A DNA stretch of 64,000 bases from Candidatus Palauibacter rhopaloidicola (GCA_026914155.1 JAPPGH010000020.1:1068-65067), one strand, 5' to 3'; positions 54,787 to 64,000 are shown, counted from the stretch's first letter. Program-made: numbers and translations. Notes: generated by a model from the sequence alone, not told the origin.

Positions 54787-56361
54787 GTGACTACGCGCCG
54801 GGATTTCCTCGCCGCGTGGTCGCGCTCGGCGGCGCTCTGCGCGCTGGCGCCGCTGCCCTTCGCGCAGTTCGGCCCGGCGGCCCGCGCCAACGGCGGCGGG
54901 ATCCGGGTATCCGGCGGCGGATCTGCGTCCGTCGACCGCTTTCCTTTCGAACTCGGAGTGGCCTCCGGGGAACCGGCCGCGGACGGCGTCGTCCTGTGGA
55001 CGCGGCTGCTCGCCCTCCCCGGCGATCCCGGCGCCGCCTTCCCCGTGCGGTGGGAGATCTCCGCCGACGACGGCTTCCGCAGCGTCGTGCGGCGGGGCGA
55101 GGCCGCGGCGCTCGCCGAACTCGGCCACTCCGTCCACGTGGAGGTGGAGGGGCTCGAGCCCGGCCGCGACTACTGGTACCGCTTCCACGCCGCCGGCGCG
55201 ACGAGCCCCATTGGCCGTACGCGCACCGCCCCCGCCCCCGGCGCCCTGCCCGACCGCTTGGATTTCGTCTTCGTCTCCTGCCAGCACTACGAACGCGGCT
55301 GGTACACCGGCTTCCGCCACATGGCCGCCGAGTCCCCGGCGCTCGTCGTCCACCTCGGCGACTACATCTACGAGAGCGGCCCCGGAGGGCGGGACGACCT
55401 CGTGCGACGCCACGACACGGAGGAACCGCGCACGCTCGACGGCTACCGCGCGCGCTACGCCCTATATAAAAGGGATCCCGACCTCCAGGCCGCGCACGCC
55501 GCCGCCCCCTGGGTCTTCACGCCCGACGACCACGAGGTGGACAACGACTGGGCCGGCGACCACAACACCGAGGAGATGGCCCGGGAGGCGTTCCTCGCGC
55601 GCCGCGCCGCCGCTTTCCAGGCGCTGTACGAGCACTTCCCGCTCCGGCGGACGTCGCTCCCCACGGGCCCCGACGCGCAACTCTACCGCCGCCTCGACTT
55701 CGGCTCGCTGATGCGGCTCCACGTCCTGGACACGCGGCAGTACCGCACCCTCCAGCCCTGCGGCGGCCGGCGGCAGCCGCCCTGCGCGGAGCAACGCGCG
55801 GAAGGCGCCACCATCCTCGGCAGCCGGCAGGCCGACTGGCTCCTGGACGGCCTCGACTCGTCGACCGCCCGCTACAACGTCCTCGCCAACCAGGTCTTCA
55901 TGGCCCGGTTGCTGGAGGGCGAGGAGGAACTCACCCTCCCCATGGACAAGTGGGACGGCTACCCCGCCGACCGCGACCGCCTCATGACCTTCCTCCACGA
56001 GCGCCGCCCCTCGAACCCCGTCGTCCTGACCGGCGACCTCCACACGAACTGGGTCAACGACCTCAAGCTCGACTTCGAGCGCGCGGATTCTCCGACGGTC
56101 GGCACCGAATTCGCCGGCACCTCGATCAGCTCCAGCGGAGACGGCGTGGACATGGCTCCCCAGGGAGAGAACGCCATGGGCCACAACCCCCACATCAAGT
56201 TCTTCAACGCCCAGCGCGGATACGTCCGCTGCCGCCTCTCCCCCGCCCGCCTCCGCACCGACTTCCGCGTCATGCCCTACGTCACCCGCCCCGACGCTCC
56301 GATCGCCACGCGCGCCAGCTACGTCGTTGAGAACGGAGTCCCCGGCGCCCGGGAAACTTGA
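54787..56361 (+). CDS. phoD: alkaline phosphatase D (PhoD family), Tat-exported
   Basis: Twin-arginine signal TRRDFL, the PhoD_N block GVASGEPAADGVVLWTRL, and metallophosphatase blocks (LGDYIYE, DDHEVDND, VLTGDLH). Confidence 0.85.
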   Translation: MTTRRDFLAAWSRSAALCALAPLPFAQFGPAARANGGGIRVSGGGSASVDRFPFELGVASGEPAADGVVLWTRLLALPGDPGAAFPVRWEISADDGFRSVVRRGEAAALAELGHSVHVEVEGLEPGRDYWYRFHAAGATSPIGRTRTAPAPGALPDRLDFVFVSCQHYERGWYTGFRHMAAESPALVVHLGDYIYESGPGGRDDLVRRHDTEEPRTLDGYRARYALYKRDPDLQAAHAAAPWVFTPDDHEVDNDWAGDHNTEEMAREAFLARRAAAFQALYEHFPLRRTSLPTGPDAQLYRRLDFGSLMRLHVLDTRQYRTLQPCGGRRQPPCAEQRAEGATILGSRQADWLLDGLDSSTARYNVLANQVFMARLLEGEEELTLPMDKWDGYPADRDRLMTFLHERRPSNPVVLTGDLHTNWVNDLKLDFERADSPTVGTEFAGTSISSSGDGVDMAPQGENAMGHNPHIKFFNAQRGYVRCRLSPARLRTDFRVMPYVTRPDAPIATRASYVVENGVPGARET

Positions 56362-56386
56362 ACCCGCCGCGCGGTGTCCTTAGGAT
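56358..56386 (+). promoter_or_regulatory. sigma70-type promoter candidate for tRNA-Ile
   Basis: TTGAAC (56358-56363), a 17-nt spacer, then TAGGAT (56381-56386). It overlaps the phoD stop and lies about 60 nt upstream of the tRNA 5' end. It has the same TAGnAT -10 shape as the tRNA-Glu promoter. Confidence 0.4.
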
Positions 56387-56447
56387 GGACGCCACCCGGC
56401 GCCCGACCCTCCGCCCACACGGAACGGTCGCGCGCCGGTCTTCTTCG

Positions 56448-56504
<57 letters not shown>

Positions 56505-56522
<18 letters not shown>

Positions 56523-56990
56523 CTAAACCTCCTACCCGATCCAACCTTCTCCCCGGTCCCGATCTTGGACCGACCTCACGGACGGCCAAGTCGACGGTAG
56601 TTCAACCGAGCGCCCCTAAGGGGCGCGAGCTCGGTGAAGCATCGGCCCCGCCAGGGGACGGTGCTTCACCAAATCTACCCGGGCCCACTCAATCTCCTCC
56701 CCGATCCAACCCTTGCCCCGGTCTCAATCCTTGGACCGACCTCACGGACGGCTAAGTCGCCTCGGTAGTTCAACCGAGCGCCCCGCCAAGGGGCGCGAGC
56801 TCGGTGAGGAAGCGGCCCCGCCAAGGGACGGTGCCTCACCAAATCTACCCGGGCCCATACTTCCTACCACGGGATCCAACCCTTCGCCCCAGCCCCTATC
56901 TCGACCGACCTCACGGACGATCCGGTCGCCCAGGTGGTCCAACCGGGCCCCCGCACGCCCCGGGCGAACGGGGTGGCGAGAGGGTATCGT
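56505..56990 (+). repeat. tandem array of tRNA-Ile 3'-end/T-arm-derived units (165 and 170 bp periods plus a decayed third unit), each with a double-hairpin insert
   Basis: CAAATCTACCCGGGCCCACT occurs at 56505-56524, at 56670-56689 (exact) and at 56840-56857 (first 18 nt). CGGTAGTTCAA occurs at 56497-56507, 56595-56605 and 56763-56773. The hairpin inserts are at 56606-56669 and 56774-56839. Confidence 0.9.
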
Positions 56991-57054
56991 TCGGCGCCAG
57001 CCTGACTCTCGGCCGGGGTATGGCGGATGTGTGATCCTCGACCGGCAGCCTCTG

Positions 57055-57083
57055 TTGGACAGCAACGATGCGCTCGTTACTGT
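57055..57083 (+). promoter_or_regulatory. weak sigma70-like promoter candidate for the OMP gene
   Basis: TTGGAC (57055-57060), a 17-nt spacer, then TACTGT (57078-57083), about 50 nt upstream of the ATG at 57133. Confidence 0.25.
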
Positions 57084-57132
57084 TCCATGATCGGTGGCTA
57101 CACTTCGTTCTGAGCGAGGGGCCTCACGAAGC

Positions 57133-57870
57133 ATGAGGAGCGATGGCGTGACGCGACATCCAAGACTGATTGCTTTCGTCATCTTCGCCGGTCTGCCGGC
57201 GAGTGCCCAGGCGACGCAATTCAGTTACAGCTACCTGGAACTCACGGGGGACCTGTCGAAGACCGAGAACACGGCGCAGAACCCCGTGGGCGACGCCGAC
57301 GGCCGGCTGTTGGGAATCTCCGGCTCCTGGAAGGTGTTCGATTCGGTTCACCTCAAGGGCGCTTGGTCGAGGGAAACCAAGGGCTTCAGCAACGAGGTAG
57401 CGGGTACGCCGCTCGACCTCGACAGCGAGCAGACTGTTGGCACCCTGGGCGCCGGGGTCCACTTCGGTGTGGGTGAACGGACCAGCATCTACGCCGAGGC
57501 GCTGGCGATCGTGGACTTCGGTGTCGAGCATCTGGTTCCGATGGTCGTTCCCTCCATGCGCGGGCCGCCGTCCGTCTCGACGGTGGAGTCGACCCTCGAT
57601 GGCCGCGGGTTCAGCGCCGCCGTCGGCGTGCGCCGTTGGGTTGGCGAGAGGCTCGAACTCGAGGGACAATTCTCACGCATACAGACTAGCGTGGATGTCC
57701 TGCGCACTGGCGAAGAGTTGTCGGACGCGGAGACGATGCTCAGGGCCGCCGCGCACCTCCATGCCGGTGCCGGCTTCTCCATCGGCACCTTCTTCGCGTT
57801 CAGCAAGCATACCGACGACAATTTTGACAACATCAGAAAACTCGGGGTCTCGCTCCGCTACCACCCCTAA
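57133..57870 (+). CDS. small outer-membrane beta-barrel protein (OmpX/OmpA-N-like)
   Basis: Signal peptide ending ASAQA. Alternating amphipathic strands with aromatic girdles. Visibly more A/T-ending codons than neighbouring genes. ATG at 57133 lies inside track ORF 57094..57870. Confidence 0.65.
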   Translation: MRSDGVTRHPRLIAFVIFAGLPASAQATQFSYSYLELTGDLSKTENTAQNPVGDADGRLLGISGSWKVFDSVHLKGAWSRETKGFSNEVAGTPLDLDSEQTVGTLGAGVHFGVGERTSIYAEALAIVDFGVEHLVPMVVPSMRGPPSVSTVESTLDGRGFSAAVGVRRWVGERLELEGQFSRIQTSVDVLRTGEELSDAETMLRAAAHLHAGAGFSIGTFFAFSKHTDDNFDNIRKLGVSLRYHP

Positions 57871-58023
57871 CCTTGGAGCGACGTCGGGCTCGCCATGTCC
57901 GTCTCTGGACGGCTTGCCACGATGCAGTCCTGATTGACCTTGGACGATTTCCTGCTTGCGAAGCGGGCGGACGCCTTCGCCGATGCGATCTTGACCGCCT
58001 TGACCGAGGCGGTGATCCTGCAC

Positions 58024-58070
58024 CGATGGTCCCTGCAGCCCGTCTCCGGATGGTCCCTTCAGCCCGTATC
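58024..58070. repeat. 23/24-bp tandem duplication in the OMP-permease spacer
   Basis: CGATGGTCCCTGCAGCCCGTCTC is followed by CGGATGGTCCCTTCAGCCCGTATC. Confidence 0.8.
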
Positions 58071-58150
58071 AGGCGCCCCCTCGTAGCCGCCCGGCGACTC
58101 GCCGCCCACCGCGCCCATGGACCGGGCGATCCCCGACTCGCGGCGGCTGA

Positions 58151-60508
58151 ATGAACTTCGAGGTCTTCGTCGTCGGGGGGATCCTCCTGGTCGCGGTGGT
58201 CCTGTTCGTCACCGAGAAGATCCGGGTAGACCTCGTCGCGTTGATGGTGATGCTGGGACTCGTCGTGACCGGCATCCTCGAGGGCGAGCAGGCGATCATG
58301 GGCTTCGCCAACGAAGCCGTCATCACGATCGCTTCGGTCCTGGTCCTGAGCGGCGCGCTCATGCGGACCGGGGTGGCTCACTTCATCGGCCAGCGGGTCC
58401 TGGCGGCATCGGGCGATGGCGTCGGCCGTCTCATCGCGGTGATGATGGCCACGGTGGGCCTCCTGTCGGGCATCATGAACGACATCGGGATCACCGCCCT
58501 CATGCTGCCGGTGGTGCTGGACATGGCCCGCCGCATAGGGACGCCGCCCTCCAAGCTGCTCATGCCCCTCGCCTTCGGATCCCTGCTCGGCGGGATGACG
58601 ACCCTGATCGGAACGGCCCCGAACATCCTCGTAAACGGGGCGTTGCGGGATGCCGGGTTCGAGCCGTTCGGGATGTTCTCGTTCACGCCCGTCGGGTTGA
58701 CCGCGCTCGCGGTCGGAATCGTCTACATGACCTTCCTGGGGCGGCGGCTGTTTCCGGACCGGGATCCGAAGAAGGAATCGACGCCCGCGGATCTGGGCGG
58801 ACTTTACGACCTGCGCGGCCTGATCGGCATGCTGAGAGCCCCCGAGACTTCCACCCTGGCGGGCAAAACACTGCAGCAAAGCCGCCTGGGCCAGGCCCTG
58901 GGTCTGAACGTCGTCGCCGTGCAGCGAAGCGGACAGATGATCCTCGCTCCCGGGACGGACTTCGTCCTGAACGGGGGAGACGAGATGGTGGTCGAAGGAA
59001 CCCTCGAGAGGTTCGAAGCCCTGCGCGCATGGAAGCAACTGGAGATCGAGTCCAGAGACCGGACGCTGGGGCGGATCGCCGACGCCTCCGTCGAGGTGGC
59101 GGAACTGGAGCTGGCGGAAGATTCATCGCTGATCGGGCAGACCGTTCGCGAGGCGAATCTGCGCCGGACCCGTCACCTGCACGTCCTCGCGATTCTGCGC
59201 GGCGATCGGGCACACCGCACGGGATTGCGGTCAGTGACGCTCGCTCCGGGGGACCGCCTGCTGGTTGCGGCGAAGCGCGGGCGACTTGCCGCACTGGAGG
59301 AGGACAAGACCCTCGGAGCGGTCCATTCGGTGCCGGCAGGAGAACTGATCTCCCGCTACCAGATGGAACGCAGGATTCAGAGCGTCAGAATCTCGGAAGA
59401 TTCGCTGCTGGCCGGTCAGTTGCTCGCGGAAACCCGGCTGGCCGACGCGTTCGGGCTGACGGTGGTGGGCATCCTGCGGGCCCATGAGGAGCTGCTCATG
59501 CCGGACCCGGACACAAGACTCGAGGGAGGGGACGTCCTCCTGCTCCGGGGACGGCTCGAGGACCTCGAGATCCTGGAGGGGCTCCAGGAACTGACGGTGG
59601 GCGACAATCGTCCCCTGGACTTCAGCCGGCTGGAGTCCGACACCATCGGCCTGGCGGAGGCTTCGCTTTCTCCGCGCACGACGTTCGCGGGAAAGACGAT
59701 CGAGGAACTCAAGTTTCGCAAGAGCTTCGGCGTTTCCATCCTTGCGATATGGCGGAACGGAGAGATCTACCGGAGCGGGCTCCCGAAAATGGAACTGCTC
59801 CCGGGCGATGCGTTCCTGCTTCATGGCGACAGGAACAAGCTCGCGCTCCTGGCGGAACACCCGGACTTCCTCGTCATGACCGAGGAAGCGGCGGAGGTGG
59901 TGCGAAGCCGGAAGGCGCCGGTCAGCGCCGTCATCATGGCGGGCGTCCTGACGTCGGTGGTCTCGGGCCTGCTGCCGATCTTCATCGCGGCGCCGATCGG
60001 GGCGGTCGCGATGGTGCTGACGGGGTGCCTCAACATCGAAGAGGCCTATCGGTGCATCGAGATGAAAGCGGTGGTCCTGATCGCGGGGATGCTCAGCCTG
60101 GGAATGGCGATGCAGGAGTCCGGAACCGCCGCGCTGGTGGCCGAGGCGGTGCTGGGATCGCTCGCGGACTTCGGTCCCCTGGCGGTGGTGGCGGGACTCT
60201 TCCTGATCACCGCGCTGTCCGCTCAAATGATGCCGACGGCGGCGGTGGCGGTGCTCATGTCGCCCATTGCGCTCAGCACGGCCGTCAGTGAAGGGCTCTC
60301 ACCCCACGCGCTGATGATGACGGTGGCGGTGGCGAGTTCCTGCGCCTTCATGAGCCCGGTGGGACACCCGGTGAACCTGCTGGTGATGGGTTTCGGAGGG
60401 TACCGGTTCGTCGATTTCATCAAGGCCGGATTCCCGCTGTTCATCCTGGTCATGGCGGTGGTGCTGACCGTGCTCCCGCTCGTCTGGCAGCTGGCGCCGG
60501 CAGGCTGA
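58151..60508 (+). CDS. SLC13/DASS-type anion permease with four central TrkA-C (RCK_C) domains
   Basis: N- and C-terminal multi-TM halves (MGFANEAVITIASVLVLSGAL.., ..MSPVGHPVNLLVMG..). They flank about 4 repeats of the RCK_C pattern (..L.E..V...S.L.GKT..E...R....V.V.AI.R......P.....L..GD.L...G). Confidence 0.8.
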   Translation: MNFEVFVVGGILLVAVVLFVTEKIRVDLVALMVMLGLVVTGILEGEQAIMGFANEAVITIASVLVLSGALMRTGVAHFIGQRVLAASGDGVGRLIAVMMATVGLLSGIMNDIGITALMLPVVLDMARRIGTPPSKLLMPLAFGSLLGGMTTLIGTAPNILVNGALRDAGFEPFGMFSFTPVGLTALAVGIVYMTFLGRRLFPDRDPKKESTPADLGGLYDLRGLIGMLRAPETSTLAGKTLQQSRLGQALGLNVVAVQRSGQMILAPGTDFVLNGGDEMVVEGTLERFEALRAWKQLEIESRDRTLGRIADASVEVAELELAEDSSLIGQTVREANLRRTRHLHVLAILRGDRAHRTGLRSVTLAPGDRLLVAAKRGRLAALEEDKTLGAVHSVPAGELISRYQMERRIQSVRISEDSLLAGQLLAETRLADAFGLTVVGILRAHEELLMPDPDTRLEGGDVLLLRGRLEDLEILEGLQELTVGDNRPLDFSRLESDTIGLAEASLSPRTTFAGKTIEELKFRKSFGVSILAIWRNGEIYRSGLPKMELLPGDAFLLHGDRNKLALLAEHPDFLVMTEEAAEVVRSRKAPVSAVIMAGVLTSVVSGLLPIFIAAPIGAVAMVLTGCLNIEEAYRCIEMKAVVLIAGMLSLGMAMQESGTAALVAEAVLGSLADFGPLAVVAGLFLITALSAQMMPTAAVAVLMSPIALSTAVSEGLSPHALMMTVAVASSCAFMSPVGHPVNLLVMGFGGYRFVDFIKAGFPLFILVMAVVLTVLPLVWQLAPAG

Positions 60509-60636
60509 AGCCTGACGCGTCGACGGAGCCTGCGGCGGCCAGGTCCAGGCTCTACCGGGGCTGACGTTTTTGCTATCTTTCAGGATGGCGGGGAGCGCAG
60601 GGATCGACCATCGCAGCAGCAACCGGGGAGCCGGCC

Positions 60637-63330
60637 ATGACGAGTCGAGGCCAGTACCACACGGACGGTAGGACATTCGCCATCCTGGCTCTGGCGATGC
60701 TCAGCCCCCTGCAGGTCCTCGCCCAGCAGGCCAGCATCACGGGCCGGGTGACCGACCTGGAGACCGGCAGCCCCGTGAGCAACGCCGCCGTCGCGGTGCT
60801 CGGCCGGCCAGCGGGCCCGGTGGTCGCCAACGAGTCCGGCGCTTTTCAGGTCACGGTCCCGGCCGGCACCTACTCCATCCTCGTGACGCGGATCGGCTAC
60901 GAGACCGCCCGCATCGACGGCGTCAGCGTGGAGGCGGGGGAAACGGAAACCGTCACGGTCGAACTCCGCTCCCGCGCGCTTGCGCTGAACCCGCTGATCG
61001 TCACCGCATCGCGCCGCGAGGAGAAGGAACTCGACGCCCCGGCCTCGGTCTCGACGCTCACCGGTGAGCAGATCTCCAGGATGATCGCGCCCACACCCGC
61101 GGATCATATCAAGACGCTGCCCGGGGTCGACCTCGCGAGCACGGGACTCACGCAGAGCTACGTGGTGGTGCGGGGATTCAACAACGTCTCGTCCGGACGG
61201 TTGCTCAGCATCGTGGACAACCGTTACGCGCGCATCCCGGCGCTGAGGATCAACGCCATCAACATGATCCCGACCACCGACATGGACATCGAGCGGATCG
61301 AGCTGGCGCGCGGACCGGGGGCCGCCCTCTACGGTCCCAATGCGGCCGAGGGCGTCATGCACATCATCACGTCCTCGCCGATCGACAAGCCGGGCACGAC
61401 GGTGTCCATGGCCGGCGGGGAGCGGTCCGTATTCCAGCAGCTCTTCCGGAGCGCGACCGCGGTGTCCGAGCGCTTCGGAATCAAGGTCTCCGGCCAATAC
61501 CTGCGGGGGAACGACTGGGAGTATGTGGACCCCTGGGAGGAGGCGGCGCGCGAGGCCAGTCCCGGCCATCCGCGCATCGGCGTGCGCGACCCCGTCAACG
61601 AGCGCTACTTCGCGGATCTCCGCACGGACTTCCGCTTCTCCGACGACGGCGAATTCATCCTGTCGGGCGGTCTCAACACCTCGCTGAGCAGCATCAACCT
61701 CACCAGCGTCGGGTCCGCGCAGACGCACGACTGGCAGTACCGCTACGGGCAGGCGCGGCTGCTGAAGGGCCGGCTGTTCGCCCAGTTCTTTCTCAACCAG
61801 ACGCACTCGGGGGACAACAGCTATCTGCTGCGGAGCGGCGAGCTGATCGTCGACCGGTCGCGCACCATGGCGGCCCAGTTGCAGCACGGGTTCGAGTGGG
61901 GCGCGCGGCAGCGCTTCACCTACGGGTTCGACTGGCAGCGCATCGAGCCGCGCTCCGAGGGCACGATCTACGGTCGCAACGAGGACGACGATCTGCTGGT
62001 CGAAACCGGCGCCTATCTGCACTCCGAGACGGGTCTGGGCGACCGGTTCGACCTGGTGACCGCACTGCGGGTCGACCACCACAACCGCCTGACCGACGTC
62101 AACCTTTCGCCCCGCGCGGCTCTCGTGTTTCGTCCCGGGGAGGGCCACAATCTGCGCCTCACCTACAACCAGGCGTACGCGACGCCCTCGACATCGGCCA
62201 TGTTCCTGGACATCCCCACCGGCAGGGTCCCGATCGCGCCGGGCGTCGGGTACACGCTGCGTGCGCACGGTGTCCCTTCCGGGGGCATCACCTTCTCGGA
62301 CCGGTGCGAGGGGGGACTCCTGGGCCACTGCATGCGTTCCCCGTTCCTCCCGGGCCAACTCCCCGCCAACGCCGCGCTGTTCTGGGACTCGCTGATCGGG
62401 CAGTTCGCGCCCGAAGCGCTGCGGCCTCTACTGCTGGGACCCGGAATGCGGCCGACCGATCCCGTGCTGGGCACGGTCTTCCGGCGTCTCAACACCGATG
62501 CGCTCGGACCGGCCGGTGGAGAGGTATTCCCCCTCGACTCCGGGCCCGTCGAACTGCCCGAACTCGTGCCGACCGTCTTCAACAGCATCGAGGCGGGATA
62601 CAAGGGATTGATCCGGAACCGTGTGCGGCTGGCCGTCGACGTGTATTTCGCCGACGTCGAGAACTTCGTCGGCGCGCTGAAGGTCGAATCGCCCAACGTC
62701 TTCCTCGACCCGGCCTCCACGGGCGCGTTCCTGGCGAGCCGTCTCGGGCCGCTGGTGCAAGCCGGTCATGTCACGACCGAACAGATCGCCGAACTGGCCG
62801 CCGGTCTCGCCGAAGTCCCGGTCGGCGCCGTCACTCCGGACCAGTTCGACGCGCCGGACCTGCTGCTGGCCTCGCGCAACTTCGGCTCGGCCAGCTACTG
62901 GGGGGCCGACTTCTCCACGCAGTTCATCGTCTCGGACCGGGTCAGCCTGACCGCGGCCTACTCCTTCCAGAGCAGGGAGTGCTTCGACTTCGACGAAGAC
63001 GGGGACTGCCCCGGGAGCAACGACCTGGCGCTCAATGCCCCGAGCCACAAGGGCTCCGTGGGATTCGCGTTCACCGACCGCGCCCGCGGGTTCGTCCTCG
63101 ACGGGCGCTGGCGCTTCACCGATGGGTTCGACATGAGGTCGGGCGTGTTCGCCGGGGCCGTGGACGCCTACCACGTCCTGGACGTGACGACCGGCTATCA
63201 GCTTCCCTTCCAGCCGAACGCGCGCCTGGAACTGACGGTCTACAACCTGCTCAACAACCTGCACCGGGAGTTCGTGGGGGCGCCGGAGCTGGGGAGGCTG
63301 GCGCTGTTGCGGGTGCGCTACGACTTCTGA
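60637..63330 (+). CDS. TonB-dependent receptor with N-terminal carboxypeptidase-regulatory-like domain
   Basis: Signal peptide. CarbopepD_reg-like ITGRVTDLETGSPVSNAAVAV. Plug blocks (VVRGFNN.., IERIELARGPGAALYGPNAAEGVMHIIT). Barrel ending RVRYDF. Confidence 0.85.
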   Translation: MTSRGQYHTDGRTFAILALAMLSPLQVLAQQASITGRVTDLETGSPVSNAAVAVLGRPAGPVVANESGAFQVTVPAGTYSILVTRIGYETARIDGVSVEAGETETVTVELRSRALALNPLIVTASRREEKELDAPASVSTLTGEQISRMIAPTPADHIKTLPGVDLASTGLTQSYVVVRGFNNVSSGRLLSIVDNRYARIPALRINAINMIPTTDMDIERIELARGPGAALYGPNAAEGVMHIITSSPIDKPGTTVSMAGGERSVFQQLFRSATAVSERFGIKVSGQYLRGNDWEYVDPWEEAAREASPGHPRIGVRDPVNERYFADLRTDFRFSDDGEFILSGGLNTSLSSINLTSVGSAQTHDWQYRYGQARLLKGRLFAQFFLNQTHSGDNSYLLRSGELIVDRSRTMAAQLQHGFEWGARQRFTYGFDWQRIEPRSEGTIYGRNEDDDLLVETGAYLHSETGLGDRFDLVTALRVDHHNRLTDVNLSPRAALVFRPGEGHNLRLTYNQAYATPSTSAMFLDIPTGRVPIAPGVGYTLRAHGVPSGGITFSDRCEGGLLGHCMRSPFLPGQLPANAALFWDSLIGQFAPEALRPLLLGPGMRPTDPVLGTVFRRLNTDALGPAGGEVFPLDSGPVELPELVPTVFNSIEAGYKGLIRNRVRLAVDVYFADVENFVGALKVESPNVFLDPASTGAFLASRLGPLVQAGHVTTEQIAELAAGLAEVPVGAVTPDQFDAPDLLLASRNFGSASYWGADFSTQFIVSDRVSLTAAYSFQSRECFDFDEDGDCPGSNDLALNAPSHKGSVGFAFTDRARGFVLDGRWRFTDGFDMRSGVFAGAVDAYHVLDVTTGYQLPFQPNARLELTVYNLLNNLHREFVGAPELGRLALLRVRYDF

Positions 63331-63354
63331 GACCGGCGATGTGCCGTCATCGTG

Positions 63355-63750
63355 CTAGAGGCGGACCCAGGCGATGCCGTCCACGTGCTCGAAGTGGCGG
63401 TCGGCCGACACCAGGTCGGCGCCCGTCTGCATGGCGTGGGCGGCGATCCAGATATCGTTGGTGGGGATCGGGCGGCCCTTTGCACGCAGAGCCGCCGCGA
63501 TTCTCGAGTACCGGTCGGCCGTGGTCTCTCCGACCGGCACCACGGTAACGTAGGGATTGTCGAGGAATGCGCGCAGCGCGCGGGCGTTGCGCTCGTAGCG
63601 CGAGCCGTGGCGGAAGCCGTACAGCAGTTCGCCGAGCACGACCGTCGACAGCAGAACCTCCTCAGCTCTCCGCACGATCCCGGCTGCCTTCTCGCTCCCC
63701 CGCATGAGCTGCACATAAGCGTTCGAGTCGAGCAGCACCCTCAGTCCCAC
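63355..63750 (-). CDS. vapC: PIN-domain toxin (VapC family)
   Basis: VLLDSNAY (first acidic residue), central GEL, IPTNDIWIAA and a C-terminal D. The GTG at 63750 overlaps vapB by 10 nt; an alternative GTG lies at 63738. Confidence 0.8.
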   Translation of the reverse strand: MGLRVLLDSNAYVQLMRGSEKAAGIVRRAEEVLLSTVVLGELLYGFRHGSRYERNARALRAFLDNPYVTVVPVGETTADRYSRIAAALRAKGRPIPTNDIWIAAHAMQTGADLVSADRHFEHVDGIAWVRL

Positions 63751-64000
63751 ATGGCCTCGTCGATCGTCTCGAAGTGCCTGAGCGCCCGTTCGGTCTCGTC
63801 CGCCTCCGCGTCGCTCCAGGAGCCGATGAAGCGATCCAGCGACGACCCGACCGCGTCGGCCGCCTGGCTGTCCTCCAGCCCCGCCCCCCGGCGCAGCAGT
63901 TTGACGGCGGCTCGGTTGAGCGATGTTCCGTCGCGATTCGCCAAGCGGCGAATCGCCCCGGTCAGATCGTCCCCGAGGCCTCTAACGGTGAGCTGTTTCA
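63741..64000 (-). CDS. vapB: ribbon-helix-helix antitoxin (VapB/FitA-like); its start codon straddles the window edge
   Basis: Reading the minus strand from nt 64000 gives (A)TG AAA CAG CTC ACC GTT = (M)KQLTVRGLGDDLTGAIRRLANRDGTSLNRAAVKLL, a typical RHH N-terminus. The TTG at 63944 used by the track is internal. Confidence 0.7.
   Translation of the reverse strand, partial: KQLTVRGLGDDLTGAIRRLANRDGTSLNRAAVKLLRRGAGLEDSQAADAVGSSLDRFIGSWSDAEADETERALRHFETIDEAMWD

Noticed and set aside
56595-56857. The extra tRNA-Ile-like copies considered as additional tRNA genes or intron-containing tRNAs.
   Set aside because: They have no 5' acceptor strand (GGGCCCG), no D arm and no intact anticodon arm upstream of the T-arm half. 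Only the 3' portion is duplicated.
56713-57182. ORFs 56713..57090(+), 56742..57182(-) and 56804..57034(+) over the tRNA-derived repeat array.
   Set aside because: They read straight through the tandem repeat units and hairpins. No RBS is present and the translations are low-complexity Pro/Arg/Gly.
57673-58023. A 116-aa minus-strand ORF and a possible pseudogene in the OMP-permease spacer.
   Set aside because: It overlaps the OMP gene antisense. The other open frame over the 23/24-bp duplication has no start codon and no recognisable homology by eye.
56523-58150. An intact prophage or integrative element at tRNA-Ile.
   Set aside because: No integrase, excisionase, transposase or phage-like ORF is present between the tRNA and the SLC13 permease gene. 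Only remnants are plausible.

Overview
This is a high-GC bacterial chromosomal segment from a diderm organism, as shown by two TonB-dependent receptors, an OmpA-family protein, a phosphate-type porin and a beta-barrel OMP. A Gemmatimonadota-like origin is only my guess. All family calls come from reading motifs in the translated ORFs; no database was searched.

The window is mostly core genome, packed into translationally coupled operons. I count ten 4-nt ATGA/GTGA stop/start overlaps.

Main blocks, in order:
- lpdA-lipB, followed by tRNA-Glu.
- A minus-strand envelope cluster: CPBP protease, phosphate porin, GT2, DUF547.
- A two-gene (split) glutamine-dependent NAD synthetase.
- A phosphate hub: phoB-phoR-pstC-pstA-pstB-phoU with no pstS, then ppx-ppk1. 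phoD lies further on.
- An amidohydrolase-GT2 synthase pair converging on an operon of two uncharacterised small acidic proteins plus a GT-C-type membrane glycosyltransferase.
- P5C dehydrogenase plus an orphan, rearranged PaaA/D/B/C module.
- glnS with a C-terminal YqeY/GatB-like domain, a TBDR and proS.
- A peptidase and fatty-acid-oxidation block.
- The operon DUF4837-like lipoprotein, dnaE, accA, PSP1, metG.
- phoD, tRNA-Ile, an OMP, an SLC13 permease, a second TBDR and vapBC at the window edge.

The most unusual signal is downstream of tRNA-Ile. The tRNA 3' end and T-arm halves are reiterated in a 165-170 bp tandem array. Each unit carries a conserved double hairpin with one compensatory stem change, and no integrase is nearby.

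Other points worth a second look:
- PaaD is split into two genes that flank paaB-paaC.
- An intrinsic terminator ends 13 nt before the glnS start codon.
- Perfect tandem duplications sit exactly on two gene junctions (phoB/phoR and paaA/paaD).
- A 4 x 13 bp repeat lies upstream of accA.
- A 620-bp AT-richer non-coding gap lies upstream of an SDR gene.

Many very long ORFs in the track, up to 1625 aa, are antisense or out-of-frame artefacts of the high GC content and were rejected.
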